A stretch of 64,000 nt of DNA, taken from NCBI RefSeq assembly GCF_009914755.1, contig NC_060926.1. One strand, written 5' to 3'. The notes below the pieces were generated by a model. That model was not told the origin of the DNA. It made no database searches and was given only the letters and a program-made list of their open reading frames with translations. Position 1 is the stretch's first letter, and every line of letters starts with the position of its first letter. The stretch is from the human T2T-CHM13v2.0 reference genome, Homo sapiens. Shown here piece by piece: positions 27,177 to 41,858 of this stretch. A program made the position numbers and the translations under genes.

Positions 27177-28719
27177 CTCTTAATCAGGGCTATAATGATC
27201 TGGAAGATAGGGAACAGAAACGTGAACTATGTATCAAAAATCATGATTAAGAAATCTTCGGTGCTATTTTCTTTTCAGTTTATTATTTATTCAAGTAGAA
27301 TATAAAATCCAGGGAGTGAAAATGTTTACTGGTATCTTTTCTACTAATAATATAATCATTTTAGAATCCAGTTTATGAGCCCATATTTATATCTTTCATT
27401 TCCTGGAAAGTATATATATTTTAACATAAAGCAATATTAGTGAAAACTGAAGAGTAAGAAAAAATGTTTCCACAATATGTGTGGATTCTCCAAGGTATAA
27501 AAAATATTAGAGACTGATGGAACTCTTGGAAATGTGAGGAAAGGTGGAAGGAAAAGATCAAGAGACCACATATGCATAAAATAAATATGGCTCTAGAAGA
27601 GGAGAGACAGAGCAAGATAATAAATCTGAGGGAGAAGGGGTATGGTATTGCTGCTCTTTCTGTGAGCTCAATTTCTCCGTAGAAATGTAAACAAGAATAT
27701 AAGTCCAGAAAATATTTTGCTTCTCATTTTCTCTTTTCTTCCTATCCTTCTTTTTTCTTCAAACATATTACAGATTAGTTTTCAAAGTAATTTTCTCCAA
27801 AATCTATTTGGAATAAGCATGAGAATCTGAGCATGTAAAACCAGGAGAGATGGAATAGAAATTTATCATTAATGATTTGGAAAGAAACCAAAAAACAAAA
27901 CAAAAGAAGAAAAAAGATACAATCCACGCTTATTTATCAATTTGACAACTATTTTATTGAGGTCCTACTTGTGCTAAACATTGTCTGGTTCCCTGAACAT
28001 CTCAAGGTTCATAGTCCCTTGTCCTTTCCCCCAAGGAATATGTAGTCTAAAAGGAAGACTCCTATTATTAAAGTCTATAACAGAGAGATGTATTGATTAT
28101 GGTGATGGTAAGGAGGAGAGATGAAGTTTTCTTGAATAGATCAGAGAGAATAAATATCATAAAAGACCCGTGGTAGATATTACATGGGAATGGGAGGTAG
28201 AAGGTAGAAGGAAAGGGAAAGGAAATTACAGAATTTATTTCTGTTGATACCTATAATTCTATAAGTTCTTTCTCCAAGAACACCTGCAAAATAGGCAAAG
28301 CCATAAACAACTTAAAAGATCTCGAGTATTTCTTGAATGTGGAATCTGAATGGGGTCTGAAGTAAGATGAGACTAAAGAAGTATTCAGGGGCCAAGTAAT
28401 AAAAAACCTTGTCCAGCATACCAAAAGTTGGTGATTTGAGTAATGGGAATAATTGGTCATTTTAAGCAAGCAAGTCAGAATTATGCCTTAGAAAATTCTC
28501 TTAGGCTGCATTGTGGAGCATAGAAAATAAGAGTAGATCTTATTAGGAAACATATCACTCTTAAGATAGTATGACAATTTCAAAGTGAAAAATGGTGATT
28601 TCAACTAAGATATTGCTATGGTTTGGAAATAAATGGACAGAACCAACAAACAATTAGGAGTTAATATGATAGGACTTGTTGATTGGTCAATCTGGGTGAC
28701 CAAAAAAGGTGATGACACA

Positions 28720-29241
28720 AAGATGATAGAATAGGAGAGGGTACCCTCCATTCCCACACAAAAAGCCATACAAATAGCTGTCCACAACCCAAAATGGCCC
28801 AGAGAGCGTTTGAAGGCCCATTACAATCTGTAGCTGTACAGTGGAGCAAAAAAAGAAAAAAAATTAAGAAAACCTACTTGGAAAAGATTACTGCTGAGAC
28901 TGTCATATCTGAGATACCAGAATATGACTAGGGGCAAAGAAGCAAGGTGGAGGATATCAGTATCAGCTATGCAGTGGGAACCACCTTGGCTTCCAGCAGC
29001 CTACTCCACAGAGGACACCAGCATGTTTTGCCACTGAGGTAACTAAAAACCACAGCCACCAAGGAACTCCAGAGAGGTATAAATGGCTGCACACCTCTCC
29101 CCCACTCAGGAAGTGGCTAGTGTTGAACTGCTTCAGGAAAGGAACTTCTATCTTTTCCAACCCAATGCATGCCCTGACCCTGGAGCCATAATGCCCTGTG
29201 AGTGCTTACACTTTCAACCAAAGCTCCATGGTTATCCTGGG
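28720..29241 (+). mobile_element. Probable 5' UTR of an old L1M element
   Basis: AGATGATAGAATAGGAG-type start and moderately GC-rich, L1M-5'-like text. It is collinear with the L1M inter-ORF/ORF2 that resumes at 31098. Confidence 0.5.
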
Positions 29242-29420
29242 CTGATTTTGAACCTTCAAAACTCATCAAGTAATTCCTCTCCCCAGTCCTAACGCAAGTA
29301 ACAAACTGGTTGGTTTCATCTATATTAGATGGGATTTGGATAGTTTTGGCTTTCTTTAGGAACAACTCTGTCTTTGTCTGCTTGGCTCCAGCATCAGTTA
29401 TCTCCAACAGATTCAAGATG
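29242..29420 (+). repeat. 179-bp direct repeat, copy 2 (inserted between the L1M 5' UTR and an inverted L1PA segment)
   Basis: Identical to 26998-27176. Confidence 0.97.
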
Positions 29421-29604
29421 TTCATCAGGGATATTGGCCTAAGATTTCCTTTTTTTGTTGTGTCTCTGCCAGGTTTTGGTATCAGGATGATGCTGGCTTC
29501 ATGAAATGAGGGAGGACTCCCTCTTTTTCTCTTGTTTAAAATAGTTTCAGAAGGAATAGTACCAGCTCCTCTTGTACCTCTGGTAGAATTCAGCTGCAAA
29601 TCCG
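29421..29604 (-). mobile_element. Inverted 5' segment of an L1PA insertion (ORF2, start of RT)
   Basis: The minus strand encodes [30 protein letters not shown]. It corresponds to about 39189-39380 of the full-length L1 in this window. Confidence 0.92.
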
Positions 29605-29608
29605 ATCA

Positions 29609-31097
29609 CAAAATAATAAGAGCTATTTATGACAAACCCACAGCCAATATCATACTGAATGGGCAAAAGCTGGAAGCATTCCCTTTGAAAACCGGCACAA
29701 GAGAAGGATGCTCTCTCTCATCATTCCTATTCAACATAGTATTGGAAGTTATGGCCAGGGCAATCAGGCAAGAGAAAGAAATAAAGGGTATTCAAATAGG
29801 AAGAAAGAAAGTCAAATTATCCCTGTTTGCAGATAACATGAAGCTGATAAGCAACTTCAGCAAAGTCTCAGGATACAAAATCAACGTGCAAAAATCACAA
29901 GCATTCCTATACACCAATAATAGACAAACAGAGAGTCAAATCATGAGTGAACTCCCATTCACAATTGCTACAAAGAAAATAAAATACCTAGGAATACAAC
30001 TTACAAGGGATGTGAAGGACCTCTTCAAGAAGAACTACAAACTACTGCTCAAGGAAATAAGAGAGGATGCAAACAAATGCAAAAACATTTCATGCTCATG
30101 GATAGAAAGAATCATTATTATGAAAATAGCCATACTGCCCCAAGTAATTTAGAGATTCAATGTTATCCCCATCAAGCTACCATTGACTTCCTTCAGAGAA
30201 TTAGAAAAAACTACTTTAAATTTCATATGGAACCAAAAAAGAGCCCGAATAGCCAAGAAAATCCCAAGCAAAAAGAACAAAATTGGATGCATCACGCTTC
30301 CTGACTTTAAACTATACTGCAAGGCTACAGTAACCAAAACAGCATGGTACCGGTACCAAAATAGACATGTAGACCAATGGAACAGAATGGAACAGAACAG
30401 AGGCCTCAGAAATAACACTACACATCTACAACCATCTGATCTTTGACAAATCTGACAAAAACAAGCAATGGGGAAAGGATTCCCCTATTTAATAAATGGT
30501 TTTGGGAAAACTGGGTAGCCATATGCAGAAATCTGAAACTGGACCCCTTCCTTACACCTTATACAAACATTAACTCAAGATAGATTAAAGATTTAAATGT
30601 GAGACCTAAAACTATAAAAACCCTAGAAGAAAACCTAGGCAATACCATTCAGGACATAGGCATGGGCAAAGACTTCATGGCTAAAACACCAAAACCAATG
30701 GCAACAAAAGCCAAAATTGGCAAATGCATTCTAATTAAACTAAAGAGCTTCTGCACAGCAAAAGAAACTATCATCAGAGTGAACAGGCAACCTACAGAAT
30801 GGGAAAAAGTGTTTGCAGTCTATCCATGTGACAAAGGGCTAATATCCAGAATCTACAAAGAACTTAAACAAATTTACAAGAAAAAAACAACCCCATCAAA
30901 AAGTGGGCAAAGTATATAAATAGACGCTTTTCAAAAGAAAACATTTATGTGGCCAACAAACATATGAAAAAAAGCTCATCATCACTGATCATTAGAGAAA
31001 TGCAAATCAAAACCACAATGAGATACCATATCATGCCAGTTAGAATAACCATCATTAAAAGGTCAGGAAACAACAGATGCTGGAGAGGATGTGGAGA
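29609..31097 (+). mobile_element. Sense ORF2 segment of an older L1PA (PA7/PA8-like), with no 3' UTR or poly-A
   Basis: [31 protein letters not shown]...LFADNM; corresponds to about 39647-41167 of the full-length copy. It has a 45-bp in-frame deletion after the FADD-motif position and ends abruptly at GTGGAGA. Confidence 0.92.
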
Positions 31098-33252
31098 TAT
31101 ACAATGTACAGAGATGTAAACTGTGACATTAAAAATACAAACTGTGGGAAGATTGTGGAAAAAAATTGTTTTTAAAAATGTGATAAAATTTAAGTTGTTA
31201 TCAGCTTAAAATAGCTTGTTATAACAATAAGATATTTTAGAGAACAATGAACAGAATGTTGGGATTAAGTTTTAGCCTATCAATAATTACTTTGAATGTA
31301 AGTGGATTAAATTCTTCAATAAAAAAACAGTGACTGCATGGATAAGTGGTTTTTTAAAGACCCAATTATATGCTGCCTACAAGAAACTTACTTTACCCCT
31401 ATGAATCCACATGATTAAAAGTGAAAACATCAGAAAGATATTCAATACAAATTGAAACCAAATGAGAGTAGGGAGAGCTATATTTAAAGTAGACTGTAAA
31501 TGAAAAACTGTAAAATGACAGACAAAGAGGATAATTTATAATGATAAGGGGATCAATTCATTAAGAAAACATAATAATTGTAAATTTATATGCACCAAAT
31601 ATCAGAGCAATTAAACATATAAAGCAAGTATCTATAGATTTGAAAATAAAGATAGATTATAATACAATAATAATATAGGACCTCAATATCTCACTTTCAT
31701 CAATGAACAGATCATCCAGACAGAATATCAATAGGAGCACTTTGAGTATGAACTATAAATTTACAGCAAATGGACCTGAAAAACATACACAGAACATTTC
31801 ATTCAACAGCAGGAAAATATACATTTTTCTCAATCATACACCGAAACTTCTCCAGTATATAGATCTTATGTTAGGCTACAAAACAACTCTTAACAAATTT
31901 AAGAAGATTGAAATAATATCAAATATCTCTTCTGACCACAGCAGTACAAAACTAGAAATTAATAATGAGGGAATTTAGGAAAATTAACAAATCTGTGAAA
32001 ATTAAACAACATACTCCTAAACAATCAATGACGTAAAGAAAAAATTCAAACAGACATTAAAAATTATTTAAGACAAACTAAAATGGAAACACAACATTGA
32101 AATGTATGCAATGCAGCAAAAGCAGTTGTAAAAGGGTAATTTGAAGTAATAAATACCTTCATTGAAAAAGAAGAAAGGTCCCCAAAAAACAATCTTACTT
32201 GACACCTCAAGGATTTAGAAAAAAAAGCAGAAAAAAATAAACACAAAGTTATGAGAAGATAGAAAATAATAAAGATCAGGACAGAACTAAATGAAATAGA
32301 TTTATTTATTGATCTATTGTTTTATAGTTTACAGTGTACAGTTTTTTTACTTCCTTGATTAAATTTATTCCTAAATATTTTATCTAGAAAATACTACAGA
32401 AAACATCAATGAAACTAAGGTTTGGGTTTTTTGACAATATAAACAAAATCAGTAAACATTTACTGAAACCAATAAGAAAAAAGAGAACTCATTATCTTAT
32501 ATATAGAAAATGCTAAGGAATTTATCAAAAGACTCTTAGAATTAAGAAACAAATTCAGTAAAGTTTCAGCAAACCAAATAAATTTACAAAAATTAGTAGC
32601 ACGTCTGTACACTAACAACAAACTATCCACTAAAGAAATCAGAAAACAATCCCATTTTCATTCATTACAAAAAATAAATTAAAATACTTAGAAATAAATT
32701 TAATCAAAGAGATGAAAGACCTGTACACTGAAAACTATAAATCATTGATGAAAGACATTGAAGAACACGCAAATAAATAGAAAAATATCCTGTGTTTATG
32801 AAATGGAAGAATTAATATTATTAAAATGTGTATACTACCCAAAGTGATCTAAAAATTCAGTGCAATTCCTATCAAAATTCCACTGACAATTCTCATAGAA
32901 ATAGAAAAACAATCTAAAATTTGTATGGAACCACAATAGATCCTAAGTAGCTAAAGCAGTCTTGAACAAAAAGAACAAAGCTAAAGGCATCACACTACCT
33001 GACTGTAAAACACACTACAAAACTATAGAAATCAAAATAACATGGAGCTGGCATTAAAAAAGACATAAACCAATGGAACAGAATAGAGAGCCAGAAATAA
33101 ATCCACACATTTACAATCAATTGATTTTTTAGAAAGATGTCAATGCTTCTACACAACAAAACATCAAGTAACAGAGTGAAGAGACTACTTATGGATTAGG
33201 AGAAAATTTTTGCAAGCCATATGTCCAATATGGGGTTAATATCTAACATATA

Positions 33253-33969
33253 CAATCATGTGCCACATAATACATTTCAGTCAATGACAAACTGCATATA
33301 GGACAGTGGTCCCATAAGAGTGTACCCTATTTCTACTGTATCTTTTAAATGTTTAGATATATTTAGATACACAAATACTTAACATTGTGTGACAATTTTC
33401 TACTGTATTAGTCCGTTTTCATGCTGCTGATAAAGACATACCTGAGACTGGGAAGAGAAAGAGGTTTAGTGGACTTACAGTTCCACATGGCTGGGGAGGC
33501 CTCACAATCATGGTGGAAGACAAGGATGAGCAAGTCATGTCTTACATGGATGGTGGCAGTCAAAGAGAGAGCTTGTGGAGGGAAATTCCCATTTTTAAAA
33601 CCATCAGATCTCATGAGACTTCTTCACTATCAGGAGAACAGCATGGGAAAGACCCCCACACCCACCCACATGATTCAATTACCTCCCACTAGTTCCTCTC
33701 AGGACACGTGGGAATTGTGGGAGTTACAATTCAAGATGACATTTGGGTAGGGACACAGCCAAACCATATCATCTACTGTAATCAGTATAGTAATGTGCTG
33801 TAAATATTTGTAGTCTAGGAACAATAGGCTATATCATATAGCTTAGGTGTGTAGTAGGCTGTAACATCTAGGTTTGAGTAAGTACCTTCTGTGATGTTCA
33901 CAAAACAACAAAGTTGCCTAACAATGCAGTTTTCAGAATCTATCCTCATTGTTAAGTGATGCATGACTG
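33253..33969 (-). mobile_element. Tigger3 (Golem/MER7-type) non-autonomous DNA transposon, split by a THE1 LTR
   Basis: Termini CAATCATGTGCCACATAA... and ...TTAAGTGATGCATGACTG, with TA on both sides (33251-33252, 33970-33971). Confidence 0.85.
33404..33771 (-). mobile_element. THE1 (MaLR) solo LTR
   Basis: TGTATTAGTCCGTTTTCATGCTGCTGATAAAGACATACC...GGACACAGCCAAACCATATCA, with a perfect 5-bp TSD TCTAC (33399-33403, 33772-33776). Confidence 0.95.
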
Positions 33970-34964
33970 TATGAGGAACTCAAACACCTCTATAGAAAGA
34001 TAATCTGATTTAAAAATGGTTCAATGATTTTAATAGACATTTCTCAAATGAAGACATACAGATGGCCAACAGATACATGAAAAATATGTTCAATATCACT
34101 AATTATCAGAGAAATGTTACTTAAAAATACAATGAGATATTACCTCACACATGTCAGAGTGGCTAATATCAAAAAGACAAAATATTACAAGTATTGGTGA
34201 GGATTTGGAGAAAACGGAATCCTTACACACTGTTGGTGAGAATATAAATTATTATAGCCTTTGTAGCATGCAGTATGAAGATTCCTCGAAAAACTAAATA
34301 TAGAATTACCATATAATTCACCAATCTCACTTCTGTATCTTCACCTAAATGATTTGAAATCAGTTTGTCAAAGAGATGCCCGCACTCTCATGTCTACTGC
34401 AGCACTACTCACAATAGCCAGGAGGTGGAAAAATCTAAATGTCCATCGACAGATGAATGGATAATAAAAATGTCATGCATGTACACAGTGGACCACTGTT
34501 CAGATTTTTCAAAGAAAACAATTTTGTTCTTTGCAGCAACATGGATGGAACTGGACAACATTACTCTATGTGAAATAAGCCAGACACAGGAGGACAAATA
34601 GAGCATATTCTCATATATGGAAATCTAAAAACAATTATATTCAAAGCAGCAGAGTGGACTGGTGGCTACCCAGAGGCTGATGGGTTTGGAGATGATGGTT
34701 AAAGAGTGTAAAGCCTTCATTCAACAGGAATATGATTTTTTTCTTTCTATATATTGCACAGCATGGTGAATATGGTAATAATAATGTATTGCTGAGTTAA
34801 AAATTTCAAAGGAAGTCAATTTCAAATGTTCTAATTTCAAATTAAATTGATTTTATTATTCCACATAGTATTTATAAATCATAACATCACTTTGTAATAC
34901 ATATATATAATACACAACTATAACTTAGCAATTGACAATAAGAAGTAAAAATTAATAAAAAAGA

Positions 34965-35678
34965 AAGCCAAAAACACACAATGGTGAAAGAACAGCTTCT
35001 TCAAAAACGGTGAGGGGAAAAATATATATCCATATACAGAAGAATGAAAAAAAAATCTCATTTCTCACCATCTACAAAAATCAATTCAAAATGGATTAAA
35101 CATTTAAATGTAAGACCTGAAAATGCTAAAAAAAAAAAAAAAAAAAAAACTAGAATAGATAAATGGAAAAAACTTTATAACATTTGCCTGTGCAAGTGAT
35201 TTTTTGGATATCATCCCAAAAGCACACAGTCAACAAAAGCAAAAAAATAGACAAATGAGATTATATCAAATTAAAATGCTTTGGCAAAGGGAACAATCAA
35301 CACAGTAAAGAGACAACCTGTGGAGTGGGAGAATATATTTGCAAACCATACAGCAGATAGGTGTCAATGTCCAAAACATATAAGAAACTCAAGCAACTTA
35401 ATAGTAAGAAGACAAATATTCTGATTTAAAAGTGAACAAAGGAACTGAATAGACATTTCTCAAAAGAAGGAATATGAATGGCCAGCAGCTATATAGAAAA
35501 GAGTTAAACATCACTAATCATCAGGAGAATTCAAATTAAAACCACAATGAAATGTCAGCTCACACCAGTTAGAATGGCTTTTATCAACAAGATGAAAGAT
35601 AAACGTTGGTGAGAATGGGGAGAAAATGGAACCCTCGAATATTGCTGGTGGGAATACAAGTTAATACAGCCATTATGG
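34965..35678 (+). mobile_element. Old L1M ORF2 3' fragment (host of the L1PA3, left half)
   Basis: AAAATCAATTCAAAATGGATTAAACATTTAAATGTAAGACCTGAAA...CTCACACCAGTTAGAATGGCT. It continues after the L1PA3 at 41859. Confidence 0.8.
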
Positions 35679-36110
35679 GAATAGGAACAGCTCCAGTGTA
35701 CAGCTCCCAGCATGAGCAACACAGAAGATGGGTGATTTCTGCATTTCCATCTGAGGTACCGGGTTCATCTCACTAGGGAGTGCCAGACAGTGGGCGCAGG
35801 ACAGTGGGTGCAGTGCACCGTGCGCAAGCCAAAGCAGGACGAGGCATTGCCTCACTCGGGAAGTGCAAGGGGTCAGGGAGTTCCCTTTCCTAGTCAAAGA
35901 AAGGGGTGACAGACAGCACCTGGAAAATCGGGTCACTCCCACCCTAATACTGTGCTTTTCCGACGGGCTTAAAAAACGGCACACCAGGAGATTATATCCC
36001 ACACATGGCTCGGAGGGTCCTATGCCCATGGAGTCTCGCTCATTGCTAGCACAGCAGTCTGAGATCAAACTGCAAGGTGGCAGTGAGGCTGGGGGAGGGG
36101 CGCCCACCAT
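35673..36110 (-). CDS. L1 antisense ORF0-like reading frame, 145 codons (putative)
   Basis: MVGAPPPASLPPCSLISDCCASNERDSMGIGPSEP...RVGVTRFSRC matches primate L1 ORF0. The ATG is in GGGCAATGG context and the frame is open to a TAA inside the left TSD. There is no evidence of expression. Confidence 0.45.
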   Translation of the reverse strand: MVGAPPPASLPPCSLISDCCASNERDSMGIGPSEPCVGYNLLVCRFLSPSEKHSIRVGVTRFSRCCLSPLSLTRKGNSLTPCTSRVRQCLVLLWLAHGALHPLSCAHCLALPSEMNPVPQMEMQKSPIFCVAHAGSCTLELFLFP

Positions 36111-36693
36111 TGCCCAGGCTTGCTTAGGTAAACAAAGCAGCCAGGAAGCTCTAACTGGGTGGAGCCCACCACAGGTCAAGGAGGCCTGCCTGCCTCTGTA
36201 GGCTGCACCTCTGGGAACAGGGCACAGACAAACAAAAAGACAGCAGTAACCTCTGCAGACTTAAATGTCCCTGTCTGACAGCTTTGAAGAGAGCAGTGGT
36301 TCTCCCAGTACGCAGCTGGAGATCTGAGAACGGGCAGACTGCCTCCTCAAGTGGGTCGCTGACCCCTGACCCCTGAGCAGCCTAACTGCAAGGCACCTCC
36401 CAGAAGGGGCAGACTGACACCTCACACGGCCGGGTACTCCTCTGGGACAAAACTTCCAAAGGAACGATCAGACAGCAGCATTCGCGGTTCACGAAAATCT
36501 GCTGTTCTGCTGCCACTGCTGCTGATACCCAGGAAAACAGGGTCTGCAGTGGACCTCTAGCAAACTCCAACAGACCTGCAGCTGAGGGTCCTGTCTGTTA
36601 GAAGGAAAACTAACAAACAGAAAGGACATCCACACCAAAAACCCATCTGTACATCACCATCATCAAAGACCAAAAGTAGATAAAACCACAAAG

Positions 36694-37704
36694 ATGGGGA
36701 AAAAACAGAGCAGAAAAACTGGAAACTCTAAAAAGCAGAGCGCTTCTCCTCCTCCAAAGGAGCGCAGTTCCTCACCAGCAATGGAACAAAGCTGGACGGA
36801 AAATGACTTTGATGAGATGAGGGAAGAAGGCTTCAGATGATCAAACTACTCCGAGCTACAGGAGGAAATTCAAACCAAAGGCAAAGAAGTTAAAAACTTT
36901 GAAAAAAATTTAGACAAATGTATAACTAGAATAACCAATACAGAGAAGTGCTTAAAGGAGTTGATGGAGCTGAAAGCCAAGGCTCGAGAACTACGTGAAG
37001 AATGCAGAAGCCTCAGGAGCTGATGTGATCAACCAGAAGAAAGGGTATCAGTGATGGAAGATGAAATGAATGAAATGAAGCGAGAAGGGAAGTTTAGAGA
37101 AAAATGAATAAAAAGAAATGAACAAAGCCTCCAAGAAATATGGGACTATGTGAAAAGACCAAATCTATGTCTGATTGGTGTACCTGAAAGTGACGGGGAG
37201 AATGCAGCCAAGTTGAAAAACACTCTGCAGGGTATTATCCAGGATAACTTCCCCAATCTAGCAAGACAGGCCAACATTCAGATTCAGGAAATACAGAGAA
37301 TGCCACAAAGATACTCCTCGAGAAGAGCAACTCCAAGACTTGTCAGATTCACCAAAGTTGAAATGAAGGAAAAAATGTTAAGGGCAGCCAGAGAGAAAGG
37401 TCGGGTTACCCACAAAGGGAAGCCCATCAGACTAACAGCGGATCTCTCGGCAGAAACTCTACAAGCCAGAAGAGAGTGGGGGCCAATATTCAACCTACTT
37501 AAAGAAAAGAATTTTCAACCCAGAATTTCATATCCAGCCAAACTAAGCTTCATAAGTGAAGGAGAAATAAAATACTTTACAGACAAGCAAATGCTGAGAG
37601 ATTTTGTCACCACCAGGCCTGCCCAAAAAGAGCTCCTGAAGGAAGCACTAAACATGGAAAGGAACAACTGGTAGCAGCCACTGCAAAATCATGCCAAATT
37701 GTAA
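36694..37704 (+). pseudogene. L1 ORF1p, disrupted
   Basis: ATGGGGAAAAAACAG start; in-frame stops at 36838, 37021, 37105 and 37672; ARREWGPIF...YPAKLS motifs present. Confidence 0.93.
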
Positions 37705-37767
37705 AGACCATCGATACTAGGAAGAAACTGCATCAACTAACGAGCAAAATGACCAGCTAACATCATA

Positions 37768-41589
<3,822 letters not shown>

Positions 41590-41858
41590 ACAATGAGAAC
41601 ACATGGACACAGGAAGGGGAACATCACACTCTGGGGACTGTTGTGGGGTGGGGGGAGGGGGGAGGGATAGCACTGGGAGATATACCTAATGCTAAGTGAC
41701 GAGTTAATGGGTGCAGCACACCAGTATGGCACATGTATACATATGTAACTAACCTGCACATTGTGCACATGTACCCTAAAACTTAAAGTATAATAATCAT
41801 AAAATTAAAAAAAAATAAAATAAATAAAAAAGGAAGTTTTATTGGAACACACACAAAA

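Larger units (their letters stand above)
31098..34962 (+). mobile_element. Old L1MA-type element (inter-ORF region, internally deleted ORF2, 3' UTR), interrupted by Tigger3/THE1
   Basis: Decayed endonuclease coding sequence (ATATGCACCAAATATCAGAGCA; TCTGACCACAGCAGTACAAAACTAGAAAT), ORF2 C-terminal sequence, and a 3' UTR ending ATTAATAAAAAAG. Confidence 0.8.

Noticed and set aside
41640-41666. G-rich tract capable of forming a G-quadruplex
   Set aside because: A standard feature of every L1PA 3' UTR.
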